DNA from: Eledone cirrhosa
Lineage: Eukaryota
NCBI GenBank assembly: GCA_964016885.1
Contig: OZ024751.1
Span: 22,816,001-22,880,000 of the forward strand
Reading direction: 5' to 3'
DNA: 64,000 bases
In this document: in pieces, positions 40,320 to 54,576 of the stretch
Layout: every line of letters starts with the position of its first letter
Position numbering within the stretch: position 1 is the stretch's first letter
The notes under the pieces: model-generated
What the model saw: the letters and a program-made list of their open reading frames with translations, nothing else
Databases searched by the model: none
What the model was told of the DNA's origin: nothing
Translations under genes and position numbers: made by a program

Positions 40320-41579
40320 GTAAACTGCAGCCACGAGCCGCATGCGGCCCGTTTGTCTTTCGGAACGGCCCGCCTAATTTCAAAATTGCCTCCGAATGTT
40401 TTTAGTAGTGTGGCCCGCCTTATGGTGAGCCACATCCTAAGAGGCTCAATGCTCGATAAAGATTGGTCAAACCTGCTCTAGAAATATATTATGCGTCCGA
40501 AACACTCCCCATACTCCTCAACTATAATAACGTGTATATATGTATGTGTGCATGTATGTATGTATTATATATGTATGTATGAATGCATGTATATATATGT
40601 ATGAGTGCACAGTCTTTCCTCACTTTAAAAAATATCTTCATGCACAGGCATTGCACGATAGAATTAATTGATAATTATTAATAATGGTATATCGTGCAAT
40701 GGCCATACTCGATAACGAGAGGGCAGCCATCATGTATGTATGTATGTATATACGAAGCCTTAACTCCTGATGGAATCTTAGGGTTGCTGTCATAACATAC
40801 AAACTCTTCCAATAACATCAACAAACCAGCACTAGCAGCGTCATACAGCACCCTCCTTTCACGCACATACACATATAGAAACTCTCCCTCTCACGCACGC
40901 ACGCGCGCACACACATACACAAACTCACGTGAACACACGCAATCATTCACAAATAAACACACACCTATTCCGACGACCAAACATTCCTTTAAAGTGAGTT
41001 GCATTATTTTAAACCTGGCTCTATTTCCTCTCCAAGTCAGACCGAACTCGGCCGATTTCTTGCAGAGAGAGAGAGAGAGAGAGAGGAGGAGGGGGGAGAA
41101 GGTGTGAAAGATATATAGAGGAAGAAACGTTCCCAGAACATGACTGGTACTTTATTTATCGACCTCGAAATGATGAAAGGCAAATTTGACCCAATAGGAA
41201 TTGATGTAGGTGTTTTCAATAAAAATGTGTTTAACACAACCTGGCCCCTTCACGAGAAATATCTAAAGGATTAAAACGAGAACCAGGTCCCTTTACGACA
41301 AATATCTAATATAAGGGAATAACTTGTCGGTGGAAAGTAGAAGGTACTCTTAGGTTGACAATACATGAAAGAAAATACATTAAGGGAACATCTGTTAGAA
41401 AGACCTTAATTCCTAGCCCTCCCTCCCTACCTACCTACCCCCTTCCTCTTTTCAACTTACTCACTTTAAACCCCTTAACTCAGCACCTCCCTCCCCACCC
41501 TCCGTTTCTTCTCAACTAACTCGCTTGAAAGGAGCGTTTGGTGGTCTGACTGTTGTATGTGTGTGGTATGTAGTGTGTA

Positions 41580-41611
<32 letters not shown>

Positions 41612-42065
41612 AGTATATGTGTGTGTTGATGTGCATAGTATGTGGTGTATATGTATGTGTGAGTATGTATGTGTGAGTATGTATGTGTGAGTATGTATGT
41701 GCGGTGAATATGTTTGTGTGTATGTGCATCTCCATGTATGTGTGACCCATATGTATATGCGTATGTGAGTATGTGAGTATATGTGTGTAAGGAGGGGGGG
41801 GGCGACAATACGACATGGTGGTGCCGGGGGTTGATGTAGTCGGAAGTGTTAGAGATGATAATGAGAGTGTGAATGACAGTGTGTTGATGGGAGTAGGGGG
41901 GGGGGGTGATTTATATATACAGAGTGTCCCAAAAAAATCAGGATAGAACCAGTTTGAAACTAGCTAGGCTAGTACTCAATACTTGGGGTAGTAGAGTATG
42001 CTCTCTATATGCATTTTTTTTTTCTTTATATATATATATATATACTTCGTTTTTGAATTTGTGGT

Positions 42066-42597
42066 GAAGGCGTGTGGCTGAGTGGTTAGAGAATTGGATT
42101 CACAATCATGAGGTTGTGAGTTCGAGTCGTGAACCTTGAGCAAGACACTTTATTTCACGTTGCTCCTTCTACCTGGAGTTGCGACCGATAGATAGTATTA
42201 TCAATTGGAATGACCGACGAAAACATTGTTTCCTCGGTCCGATTTGACGGAAGTCGATCGATTCTCTTTGAATTTGTTTTGCAAGATTACTTATCTGAAA
42301 TCGTGTGTTGAAACAGATATTGTTATACTTTGGGAGGGTCATGCTGCGACTAAAAACACACGCACCTGTCGTTTTTCACTTCAATTTATTATAAATTTCG
42401 GTGTAGGACAGAACAAAGGAGAGACACAAAATAAAAATTGAGTCGCTGAGGTGTGACGAAAGAGCTTTGACAATTTATAAACAACCACCGGGTTATCCAA
42501 CTAACCAGCCAGCCAACCGGAAATTTATAATAAATTTAAGTGAAAACCAACAGGTGCGTGTGTTTTTATTGGCAGCATGACCCTCCCAAAGTATATC
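42066..42597 (+). mobile_element. SINE type 2 head fused to a family G-related element with an internal inverted repeat
   Basis: tRNA-like head 42066-42166, then ttctacctggagttgcgaccgatag..; about 42325-42402 is inverted against 42516-42595; same fusion at 60404-60680. Confidence 0.65.
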
Positions 42598-42755
42598 TCA
42601 TATAAAATAATACAGCCAATTCTCCACACAATACAATATAGTTAGCACTCCAAACGTTTAATTAGGAATATACTCCGGTATTTCCTATTGTTTGTTGAGT
42701 GAGTTGGAAATTGGTCGGAGTATCGCTATTAGTTTTTTCCGTTTACGTAATTATG

Positions 42756-42801
<46 letters not shown>

Positions 42802-42920
42802 AAAGTTTTATTTAAAATTGTTGGGTTACAACGAGTAAATATTAAACCAACTTTTTTAAATGGAAGTTGATCAATATCTTATGGTACGTCAAATTTATTT
42901 ATAAAACTGCTTATATATTG

Positions 42921-42986
42921 TATTTTATCTGAAGAAGGCATGCCATATTTTTAATATGGTATCCCTGAAATATGTATAATGAAATA
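42921..42986 (+). ncRNA. Type I hammerhead ribozyme (family C)
   Basis: UAUUUUAU-CUGAAGA-AGG-C-AUGCCAUAUU-UUU-AAUAUGGUAU-C-CCU-GAAAU-AUGU-AUA-AUGAAAUA; 8-bp stem I, 13-bp stem II. Confidence 0.85.
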
Positions 42987-43282
42987 AATATAGTTTTATA
43001 AATATAGTTTCCATTTATTTAATATCGTATATATATATATATATATATTTATTAAAATAACAGATTAAAGTTTAACCAAAGAATCGCTGCTTTCACCCTT
43101 AACGGGATTCTTCTGAAACTAAAAAAAGAAGATCCCGTTAAGGGCGAAAGCAGCGATTCTTTGCTTAAACTTTAATCTATTATTTTAATAAATAAATATT
43201 TGCTCTACGGTTCTTATATATTTGATATATATTTATCCTTATCGAGCCCTCTTTGGATTTTAGTCTTCAAATTTATTATTAT

Positions 43283-43335
<53 letters not shown>

Positions 43336-43459
43336 AAAGTTTTATTTAAAATTGTTGGGTTACAACGAGTAAATATTTTATAACTGATATAAAGCACTCA
43401 AGTTTTGGAGTAGATATACGATATTAAACAAATGGAAACTATATTTATAAAACCATATT

Positions 43460-43525
43460 TATTTCATTATACATATTTCAGGGATACCATATTAAAAATA
43501 TGGCATGCCTTCTTCAGATAAAATA
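43460..43525 (-). ncRNA. Type I hammerhead ribozyme (family C, inverted)
   Basis: Reverse complement of 43641-43706. Confidence 0.85.
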
Positions 43526-43640
43526 CAATATATAAGCAGTTTTATAAATAAATTTGACGTACCATAAACCAACTTTTTAAATGGAAGTTGATCAATATTT
43601 ATGGTACGTCAAATTTATTTATAAAACTGCTTATATATTG

Positions 43641-43706
43641 TATTTTATCTGAAGAAGGCATGCCATATTTTTAATATGGTATCCCTGAAATATGTATAAT
43701 GAAATA
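43641..43706 (+). ncRNA. Type I hammerhead ribozyme (family C)
   Basis: Same sequence as 42921-42986. Confidence 0.85.
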
Positions 43707-43746
43707 AATATGGTTTTATAAATATAGTTTCCATTTGTTTAATATC

Positions 43747-43791
<45 letters not shown>

Positions 43792-44975
43792 AAATGTTTT
43801 TACTATTATAAACATCAATTTACTACTGTTGATTAAATGAATCCTACAATTATTTCTATTGTCTACCATATTTCTCCAATGCTGCATTGGTGAAACCGTC
43901 AAATTGTGTCTGTAGTGGAGTCAAGACTCCTGTATAAAATGTCACACAGCGGGACTGAACCCCCAAACCACGTAGTTTAGAAGCAAACTTCTTAACCAGG
44001 CGGCCATATTGTTTTTAACGTTTTTTGTTGTTGTTGTTGTTGTTGTTTTGTTTTTGTTACCCCTCCTGCCGATGTAAATAAGAATAAATAAATTAATATC
44101 AACAATCTGCGATTCTCATCGAACTAGCAGACTGTATCGGCTTTGATCTAGATTTTTTATTTTTTTTATTTATTTTTTTTTTTTGTAGGAATATTGGCCT
44201 TGTATCTATAGAAAATAGATCGATATTGTTGGCATTGTCATTGTTGCTGTTGGGAAGCTGTGGATATTGTTGTGGTACTTGTTGATAGCATTGTTGTTCA
44301 AATAATAGCGACTTGTGTTGTTATTGTTGTGGTGGTGGTGGTGGTTGGTGGTTGATGCGGTGGTTGGTGTGGTGATGATGGTGGTGGTTGGTGTGGTGGT
44401 GGTGGTTGGTGTGGTAGTGGTTGGTGTGGTGGAGATGGTGGTTGGTGTGGTGGTGATGGTGGTTGGTGTGGTGATGGTGGTGGTTGATTTTGTTGCAGCT
44501 GCTAGTATCACTACTACTACTACTACTACTACTACGACGACGACGACGACGACGACGACGATCACAACTACCATCATACTACTACTACTACTACTACTAC
44601 TACTACAACCACTACCAAAACCATTACCACTATTGCTGCTATCACTGACACCACAACCACAACTACTACTGCAGCTACCAACACCACTACGAAAGTTATA
44701 ACCACCACTACCATCAATATTACTATCACCACCACCACCACTACCACCACCAATACTAGTACTACTACTACCACCAATATTACTATCACCACCACCTATA
44801 CTACTACCACTACGACCAATAATAGTACTACTACCACCACCAATACTACTACTACAATTACAACTACGTGTATTGCCACTTATTTCACTCAGACTTGCTT
44901 TTACACATTCTATTGTTTGATTAACTTTTGTTGTTGATGATGATGATGATGATTACATTAAAGAGGTGTGTCTAT

Positions 44976-45022
<47 letters not shown>

Positions 45023-45233
45023 TGTGCATATATAAAACATGGTATTAACAGGATATTCAAGAAGCAAACACTTTCAGAGTCATTCTGAGAGGGTGTATAT
45101 AAAACCACTAGTTTCTTTAATATCCAGTTAATTCTATGTATTTATATAAATTACCAACCCCGCTTCGTGTGTGTGTGAATGAAAAACGTGAGGACGGGGC
45201 TGTGTTCTTACCAATAAATATTATTTAGAAAAC

Positions 45234-45615
45234 GTGGATTGGCAGTATCGGTAGAGGGTCGGACGCCATGCTTTCCACCATAGTTACGTCCCTTTACGAT
45301 CTGAGTTCAAATCCCGCCGAGGTTGACTTTGCTTTTCATCCTTACGGGGTCGATAAAATAAAGTACCAGTAATGCACTGGGTAATTGCTGGCCTTGTGCC
45401 TAAAGTAGAAACAATTATTTAGAAAACGTGGATTGGCAGTATCGGTAGAGGGTCGGACGCCATGCTTTTCAGCAAAGAGTTACGTCCCTTTACGATCTGA
45501 GTTCAAATCCCGCCAAGGTTGACTTTGCTTTTCATCCTTACGAGGTCGATAAAATAAAGTACCAGCAATGCACTGGGTAATTGCTGGCCTTGTGCCTAAA
45601 TTAGAAACAATTATT
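45234..45615 (+). mobile_element. Direct tandem pair of SINE type 1
   Basis: Two full copies, each preceded by ttatttagaaaacgtggatt. Confidence 0.9.
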
Positions 45616-45649
45616 GAAAAGATAGTGTTATTAAAAAAAAAGGGACAAT

Positions 45650-45689
<40 letters not shown>

Positions 45690-46606
45690 CTTTATTTACA
45701 TTAACACTACTTAGATATGTCTCCATATTAATATTCACCAAGATAAAATGACGATGTTAACATCCACCTGCATAATGTCACAGAAGACACTAAAGTACTT
45801 GTGAAGATATTAAATACAGTGCGAAAATCCAGATGTATTGACATTTGATTGATTGATCAATATGTGTGTGTGTGGGCGGGGTGCATGTGTGCGTGTGCGT
45901 GTGCGTGTGCTTGTGTGTGCGATTGCCACTCCTGCCTTTAGTCCGTGTTAGGTTTCATTTTCCGTATAAATTGTGCCGCCACGAATACGAGAACAAGAGA
46001 TCTATAATGGCGTTCTGAAATAAGTTGGTACGTTCGAACCATAGATCTGCCTGACCAGAACTGATCTTTACCAATGGCACCAATAACAAATCAAAATTAT
46101 CAATGCCATAAACTCATCGATCTCTGATCCATACAAAAATCTTGATGACAAATCTTGAGTGGGGGGTGGAGGGGTTGTAAAATAATTAAATAAAATAAAC
46201 AAAATATAATATAAATATTCAGCAATACTTTAATGGTGGAAATTGGATGTATCGGGGTTGAGGAGGTGGTGAGGTGAGGACTTCATTCTTGGTGTCATTT
46301 GGTCATTAAATCAATAGGTCATAGGGTCATAAGTTTATAAGGTCATGACATACAACTTTGATCATTCTATGCTAAGAGGTCAACTTATTGAGAAGACGAA
46401 GAAGTCGTTTATCATGTTTTTGACATGTTGGTCCAGAAAGAGATTCATATTAGCCTGCCTATATATAATACGTATATCTATCTATATATGTGTATATATA
46501 TATATGTGTGTGTGTGTGTATATATATGTATATGTGTATATATATGTATATATGTACGTGTGTATATAGATTTATATGTGTGTGTATTTGTGCGTTTGCG
46601 TATGTA

Positions 46607-46645
<39 letters not shown>

Positions 46646-46649
<4 letters not shown>

Positions 46650-46823
46650 ATATATGACCTGGACGACAGAACTCAATCCGTTTCGACGGCTATTTCCGGC
46701 CGTCGAAACGGATTGAACTCTGCCGTCGGGTTCATACATTTTCCTATTACTCACTCTACTACCCTAAGTATTGAGTACTCTGGTGTGTTATGGTCCATCT
46801 GGTTCCTTACCACAACTCCTTCG

Positions 46824-46824
<1 letters not shown>
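46646..46824 (+). mobile_element. Family A element
   Basis: Fold-back head plus conserved tail; TA flanks. Confidence 0.85.
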
Positions 46825-46879
<55 letters not shown>

Positions 46880-46953
46880 CGGTGCCCCAGCATGGCCTCA
46901 GCCGGATGGCTGAAACAGGTAAAAGAGTAATAGTGTGTGTGTGTGTGTGTGAA

Positions 46954-46996
<43 letters not shown>

Positions 46997-47710
46997 AGAG
47001 TGGGGGAGATATATACACTTTGTTGTACTAAATTTGCAATTTTAGTGGATATATTATATTGGTCAACCGTGTGTGTATATAATATCCTAAAATATAATAT
47101 ACTATATTATGTATAGCAATATAGAATATCCAAGCTGATCTACAGTGTGATATATAGAGACTAATTCAACAGTTGGTAGGTTGATATTAGATGGTGAGAG
47201 AGGGGATGAGCTTGAGGTATATATGGGGAGAGAGGGAGACGGGCAGACAGATATGCCTAGAAGAGTTGGAAAGAGTGAGTAAATGGGGGAAATGAGAGAG
47301 TGAGAGATAGAGAGAGATGGACAGACAGACAGAGAGACATAGAGAGAGAGACAGACATACATAGAGAGAGAAGGAAAGAGACAGAGAGAGAGAGACCGAC
47401 AGACTTACAGAGAGAGAGAGAGAGAGAGACAGAGAGACTGACAGACTTACAGAGAGAGAGTGAGACGTAGAGAGAGAGACGTAGAGAGAGAGAGATGTCT
47501 GGGAATATAGTAAAAAGAATAAGACTGACGAGTAATTGAGAAAAAAGTATGATATTGCGTGAGATAAATTGTCTGATGTTACTAATGTAATAAGAGAGAG
47601 GGGGAAGAGAGAGAGAGAGAGGGGGAGAGACAGAGTTAGACAGATATGGGGGGGCGGGTAGAAAATATATGAGAAATACGGAGGTAGCTGTTGACTGAAG
47701 TAAGAATATG

Positions 47711-47746
<36 letters not shown>

Positions 47747-47785
47747 AGATAGAAGTGTTATATAAAAGTGGTTGGTATGTGTATG

Positions 47786-47823
<38 letters not shown>

Positions 47824-47950
47824 CATACATACATACCAACCAACCCCTCCCCCTCACCACCCCTCCCCCTCTCCACCCCTCTCTCTCCCCTCTCCACCCC
47901 TCTCTCCCCCTCGCCACCCCCTCTCTCCCTCGCCACCCCCCTCTCTCTCG

Positions 47951-47984
<34 letters not shown>

Positions 47985-48024
47985 CGAGAGAGAGGGGGTG
48001 GCGAGGGAGAGAGAGGGGGTGGCG

Positions 48025-48058
<34 letters not shown>

Positions 48059-48233
48059 TGAATAGATGTATTGCTATATTAACATTAGTATGTTAATGTA
48101 GAGCTGTATCTGAATAGATTAGTGTGAGGAGTAGTGAGAGTGTAATATATGATGTAGTAACTGATGAATGGAATATATATATATATATATATATAAACAT
48201 AAATATATACATACACATACAGACACACACATA

Positions 48234-48264
<31 letters not shown>

Positions 48265-48579
48265 GTGTATATATAAACATAAATACATACATATAAATAT
48301 ATATATATACATACACATATATATATATATGTACGTACAGACACAGAGAGACAGAGAGAGAGAGAGAGAGTGAGTGAGAGGGAGGGAGAGAGAGAGAGAG
48401 TGAGAGAGAGAGAGAGTGAGAGTGAGAGAGAGAGAGAGTGAGAGTGAGAGAGAGAGAGAGTGAGAGAGAGATAGTAGCTACAACTAATGTATTCGAATAT
48501 GGAAAATTAGTAGTAGTAGTAATAGTAGTAGTAGTAATAGTAATAGTAATAGTAGTAGTAGTAGTAGTAGTAGTAGTAA

Positions 48580-48611
<32 letters not shown>

Positions 48612-48794
48612 ACAGCAGCGGCATCAGCAGCAGCAGATAAGTATATACATCATTAGTGTAGTTCTAATAGTATTATTGGTATGTACATAGATATAGTAGA
48701 ATTATAGTAAGTATCTTATAACGAAGTTAGTGCTTACATGTGTCTATTAGTATCTTAGTTGATATCGTAGAAAGAATTATTACCATGTAAATAG

Positions 48795-48893
48795 ATAATT
48801 GTTTCTAATTTAGGCACAAGGCCAGCAATTACGCAGTGAATTACTGGTACTTTATTTTATCGACCCCGTAAGGACGAAAGGCAAAGTTAACCT
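48795..48893 (-). mobile_element. SINE type 1, 3' half
   Basis: Antisense tail/body. Confidence 0.8.
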
Positions 48894-49166
48894 TGTAAAT
48901 AGATAATGTATATACACATATATATCCTTTTCTCTCTATTGATTTATCAAACATGTGAATAACTATACTTCGCTGAGGAGAGTTAATTAGATTGAAACTT
49001 GTCCTGAGTTGTGTCCCTGCCTGCCAAAGAGACTATGGAATGTCCAACCATTTAAATGTTAAGCAACGGAGGATCAGTGATCATATACACACTACACATA
49101 TAAAGGTAGCATAGAAAACAGATGTAATAGCTTACACTATATACAGAGTGCTCCAGTCTGATAGTG

Positions 49167-49321
49167 AAGGCACATGGCTTAGTGGTTAGAGCGTTGGGCT
49201 TGCTATTGGGAGGTCGTGAGTTCAATTTCACGTTACTCCAGTTTGCTCAGCAACGTGAAATAAAGTGTCTTGCTTGCTCACAACTTCACGATTATAAGAC
49301 ACGCGCTCAACCACTAAGTCA
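49167..49321. mobile_element. Two opposed partial SINE type 2 heads
   Basis: atggcttagtggttagagcg.. versus ..cgctcaaccactaagtcat; core gcaacgtgaaataaagtgtcttgc is antisense. Confidence 0.6.
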
Positions 49322-49544
49322 TATATATATATAGCTCTATTTACAGAACGGTTTTTTTTTTTTCCATTTCAGGTAGACGCGCGCCATCATCCACTTTTCT
49401 AAAAAAAACAAATCATACACAAAACGTCAGCATCAACAGTTTTGCAAGAGATGTCAACATGAATGGACCTGTTATTTTTATCTAAAGAAATTTTTTCCAA
49501 TTCCATCCCGCCTGTCTCTTCAATCTATTTTATTTCTCATTCTT

Positions 49545-49580
49545 TCTTCTGATGAATGAGCAGCGTCCGAAACGTTAAGA
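49545..49580 (+). ncRNA. Degenerate minimal hammerhead-like motif (family H)
   Basis: UCUU-CUGAUGA-..-GAAAC-GUU-AAGA; stem II is poorly paired. Confidence 0.45.
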
Positions 49581-49661
49581 TCCACTTCCTGCTATATCAA
49601 GCGTTAACCTAATATATTCCTTCCATATACTGTACCGATTGTGTTATTTCTGTTTACCTTT

Positions 49662-49699
<38 letters not shown>

Positions 49700-49757
49700 G
49701 AAGTTATTTCAAAAAATTAGATATCACTTGCTTGTTCCCAAGGTTGTGAATCAATGT

Positions 49758-49881
49758 TATATTACTCCAGTACATTACTGGTACTTTATTTTATCGACCC
49801 CGTAGGAATGAAAGGCAAAGCTAACCTCGGCGGAATTTGAACTCAGAACGTAAAGGCCCATAACTCTATGCTGCAAAGCAT
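49758..49881 (-). mobile_element. SINE type 1, partial
   Basis: Antisense body and B-box. Confidence 0.8.
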
Positions 49882-50487
49882 GCTAGCTGATGTTATGAAT
49901 GTTGACAACTTTTGAAGAATAAATCTTATGTTGCACAACATTAAGCCTGCCCAGTTTCGTTGTCATGGACTTTGTAGTTTCTGAGATATTTACATTCCCA
50001 ATAGATATCTAATTTTTTTAAATATCCTGTATCATACACCACACTATTTCATAGATGAACTATGTATTTACAGATGGGGAATCATTAAAAAGCAACATAT
50101 TATGTAACATAACATGCTCTAATATTACAAACATGAGGAAACATTTTATGTTTTACACCAGCTTTACCTTCTATCATTCCCTCACACAAACAGATCCGGT
50201 TTCCTCAAAACTAACAGAAAACAAATATATATGATGAACGAGTTAAAAGCATTCCATTAATCTCAGTTTACCAATCGCCACACTTCTCGTAATAAGCCAA
50301 TAGAAACCTAGAATTCTTTTATTCTAGTTTTATACTGGTTTCAGTCATTAGACGGACGGCCATGCTGGGGCAACACCTTGATGGTGTGTTTAGTCGATCA
50401 TATCGACGCCTACCCTACACATTCAAGTACTTACTTTTAAAGTCTGTTTTTCTTCTTTCCTTTTTTCAATTTATCGATCTCTTCTTG

Positions 50488-50787
50488 TCTTCTTCTTCGC
50501 CAATTTATTTCTCCTGAGAGGTTCGTGGGGGAAGACTCCTCAATCACTCCTTCCAGTGGGTACTGTCACAAGCTACCGAACCGTCTCCAACTGATCCGGC
50601 TGGTTTCCCAAGCGTGACCAGCCAAGCTCATGGATGTTATCCAACCATTTTGCTCGGTGTCTACCCCTGAGTCTCCTGTCGGATGGTTTTGCCCGCGACA
50701 TCTGTCCAGCGATTCTTTCCCGAAACATTATATCCACATGCCCCTAATATCGGAGATGTGAGTTCTCAATTCGGAAAAGTAGCGGTA
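50488..50787 (-). pseudogene. RTE-clade LINE 3' end remnant
   Basis: Minus strand PLLFRIENSHLRY..AKPSDRRLRGRHRAKWLDNIHELGWSRLG resembles RTE GxRxRGRPxxRWxD; (GAA)n-like tail. Confidence 0.7.
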
Positions 50788-50817
50788 CTTTTTTTCATCA
50801 AACCGTGAGTTTCGGGG

Positions 50818-51001
50818 AGTGGCAGTATCAGTAGAGGGTCGGATGCCATGCTTTGACGCATAGAGTTACGGCCCTTGTCATTCTGAGTTCAAATCCCGCC
50901 GAGGTTAACTTTGCCTTTCATCCTTACGGGGTCGATAAAATAAAGTACCAGTAATCTACTGGGTAATTGCTGGCCTTGTGCCAAAAGTAAAAACAATTAT
51001 T
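50818..51001 (+). mobile_element. SINE type 1
   Basis: Full-length copy. Confidence 0.85.
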
Positions 51002-51072
51002 AAACACACTTATACATTATATAAATATATAAATATATATATACAAATATATATATAAATATATATATATAT

Positions 51073-51280
51073 AGGAAAATGTTTGACCCCGACGGCAGAA
51101 TTCAAGCCGTTTCGACGGCTATTTCTGGACTAAATTGAATTTAGTCCAGAAATAGCCGTCGAAACGGCTTGAGCTCTGCCGTCGGGGTGAAACATTTTCC
51201 TATTACCCACTCTACTACCCTAAGTATTGAGTACGCTGGTGCGTTATGGTCCATCTGGTTCCTTACCACACCTCCTTCGT

Positions 51281-51281
<1 letters not shown>
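51073..51281 (+). mobile_element. Family A element (longest fold-back head)
   Basis: 51073-51134 is inverted against about 51139-51201, then the conserved tail. Confidence 0.85.
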
Positions 51282-51312
<31 letters not shown>

Positions 51313-51399
51313 GTGTTTGTCTACCAAATTTCACTCACATACATATATACATATTCATATACACTAAGACATATACATATACGCATATATACAGTGTCT

Positions 51400-51430
<31 letters not shown>

Positions 51431-51562
51431 AAATGTATGTACACATATTCATTTACACACCGTTATATACATATATACATAAACACATATTCATATATAG
51501 ACATGCATATGCAGTGTCATATACATATAGGTATATACATATACACATATGTATATACAGTG

Positions 51563-51598
<36 letters not shown>

Positions 51599-51607
51599 CA
51601 CTGTATA

Positions 51608-51644
<37 letters not shown>

Positions 51645-51675
51645 CACTGGATATGCATATATGTATATGTATATA

Positions 51676-51718
<43 letters not shown>

Positions 51719-51743
51719 CACTGTATATGCATATGTGTATATA

Positions 51744-51788
<45 letters not shown>

Positions 51789-51813
51789 CACTGTATATGC
51801 ATATGTGTATATA

Positions 51814-51868
<55 letters not shown>

Positions 51869-51899
51869 CACTGGATATGCATATGTGTATATGTATATA

Positions 51900-51952
<53 letters not shown>

Positions 51953-52109
51953 GTGCATACAGACATATGTGTATACACAGTGTCATATAAAATAGTGGAA
52001 AGGAAGCTATTCAAAATTGCTCAGGTATGCACTCTTTCCCTTGAGCCGACAATCCCGCCTCTTCCTCCTCCTCTTTAGTCAACTGCTACCACAGTAACAG
52101 CAATATCAA

Positions 52110-54422
52110 TATCAACCACCACCACCACCATTAACACCACCACCACCACCACCACCATTAACACCACCACCACCACCATTAACACCACCACCACCACCAT
52201 TAACACCACCAACACCACCACCACCATTAACACCACCACCACCACCATTAACACCACTAACACCACCACCAACACCACCATTAACACCACCACCACCACC
52301 ACTAACACCACCACCACCACCATTAACACCACCACCACCACCATCACCACTGGTAACGAACACCACCACCACCACCATCACCACTGGTAACGAACACCAC
52401 CACCATCACCACTGGTAACGAACACCACCACCACCACCACTGATAACGAACACCACCACCACCACCATTAACACCACTATTAACACCACCACCACCATTA
52501 ACACCACCACCATCACCACTGGTAACGAACACCACCACCAACACCACCATTAACACCACCACCACCACCATTAACACCACCACCATCACCACTGGTAACG
52601 AACAACACCACCACCACCATTAACACCACCACCACCACCATTAACACCACCACCACCATTAACACCACGACCACCACCATTAACACCACCACCATTTGTA
52701 CCATTAGCATCACCATCACAACCAACAATAACACTGGCATAAAAACCCCTGTCATCAGTACCGCAACCTCCACCACTATCAATCACATGTACACCACCAC
52801 CGCAACCTACCGCAACCACCACCACCATCACCACCACCAACAATAACACTGCCACCATCAATACCACAACCACCCTCACTACCACTACCACCACCACCAC
52901 AACCTCTAAAGACCACCACCACCACCACCAACAGTAACACTGCCACCACCATCATCACCATCAGTACCACAACCACCCTCACTACCACCACCACCACCAA
53001 CAGTAACACTGCCACCACCATCATCACCATCAGTACCACAACCACCCTCACTACCACCACCAACAGTAACACTGCCACCACCATCATCACCATCAGTACC
53101 ACAACCACCCTCACTACCACCACCACCACCAACAGTAACACTGCCACCACCATCATCACCATCAGTACCACAACCACCCTCACTACCACCACCACCACCA
53201 ACAGTAACACTGCCACCACCATCATCACCATCAGTACCACAACCACCCTCACTACCACCACCACCACCAACAGTAACACTGCCACCACCATCATCACCAT
53301 CAGTACCACAACAACACTCACCACCACCACCACCACCAACAGTAACACTGCCACCACCATCATCACCATCAGTACCACAACAACACTCACCACCACCACT
53401 ATCACTATAACCATCAGTACACAACCATCCTCACCACAACCTCCAAAATCCCACAACAACAACCGCCTTCAACACCACCACCACCACCATCAGTACCACA
53501 ACCACTCTCAACACAACCACAACAACAACAACAACCACAACAACCACCACCATCACTGCCATCAGTACCACCACCACAACAACAACAACCACAACAACCA
53601 CCACCATCACCACCACCATCACCAACACCACCACCACCATCACTGCCATCAGTACCACCACCACAACAACAACAACCACTACCATCACAACCACCACCAC
53701 CACCATTGCCATCAGTACCACAACCACAACAACAACAACACCACCGCCATCAGTACCACAACCACCACCACCACAATAACAACAACAACCACCACCACAA
53801 TAACAACAACAACCACCACCACCACCACACCACCTTCAACACCACCATCACCAAGGCCATCAGTACCACAACCACCACCATCATCAACGCCATCAGTACC
53901 ACCACCACCACCACCGCCATCACCAACACCAGTACCACCACCACCACCATCAGTACCACCACCACCACCACCGCCATCACCAACCTCACCACCACCAGTA
54001 CCACCACCACCACCATCAGTACCACCACCACCACCACCATCAGTACCACCACCAAACTCACCACTACCACCCTCACCACCACCACCAACCTCACCACCAC
54101 CACCACCATCAGTACCACCACCACCACCACCCTCACCACCACCACCACCATCAGTACCACCACCACCACCAACCTCACCACCACCCCACCACCATCAGTA
54201 CCACCACCACCACCAACCTCACCACCACCACCACCAACCTCACCACCACCCCACCACCATCAGTACCACCACCAACCTCACCCTCACCACCACCACCACC
54301 ATCAGTACCACCACCACCCTCACCACCACCACCACCACCACCAGCCCCACCAGTACCACCACCACCAGCCTCACCACCCTCACCACCACCACCACCACCA
54401 TCAGCCCCACCACCACCACCAC
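52110..54422. repeat. (ACC)n-based low-complexity tract with a higher-order 60/69-bp unit at about 52910-53400
   Basis: Repeating acagtaacactgccaccaccatcatcaccatcagtaccacaaccaccctcact. Confidence 0.92.
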
Positions 54423-54576
54423 ATATAATAGGTAAAGTAGTTACTACAGTAAAAGCAGCGTTATGTCATACTGTCAGACACCTGTTGATAACTGCCTTTA
54501 CCAATAGTAGCAGTTTTACGATATATCACCTACATCAGCACATTACACAGCCGAGTGTGTGTGTGTGTATATATAT

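Larger units (their letters stand above)
42799..43748. mobile_element. Composite of two family C fold-back elements with a family D element between them
   Basis: 42799-43027 and 43333-43748 share ends; 43418-43566 is inverted against 43600-43748; family D palindrome plus tail at 43028-43287. Confidence 0.8.

Noticed and set aside
42066-42135. tRNA gene candidates (also 60404, 24137, 23775, 49167)
   Set aside because: Only A/B boxes are retained, there is no cloverleaf, and they continue into SINE cores.
48968-49008. CTGAGGA..GAAAC-TT-GTC hammerhead-like string
   Set aside because: Stems I and II pair poorly and there is no family copy or TA context; may be decayed or chance.
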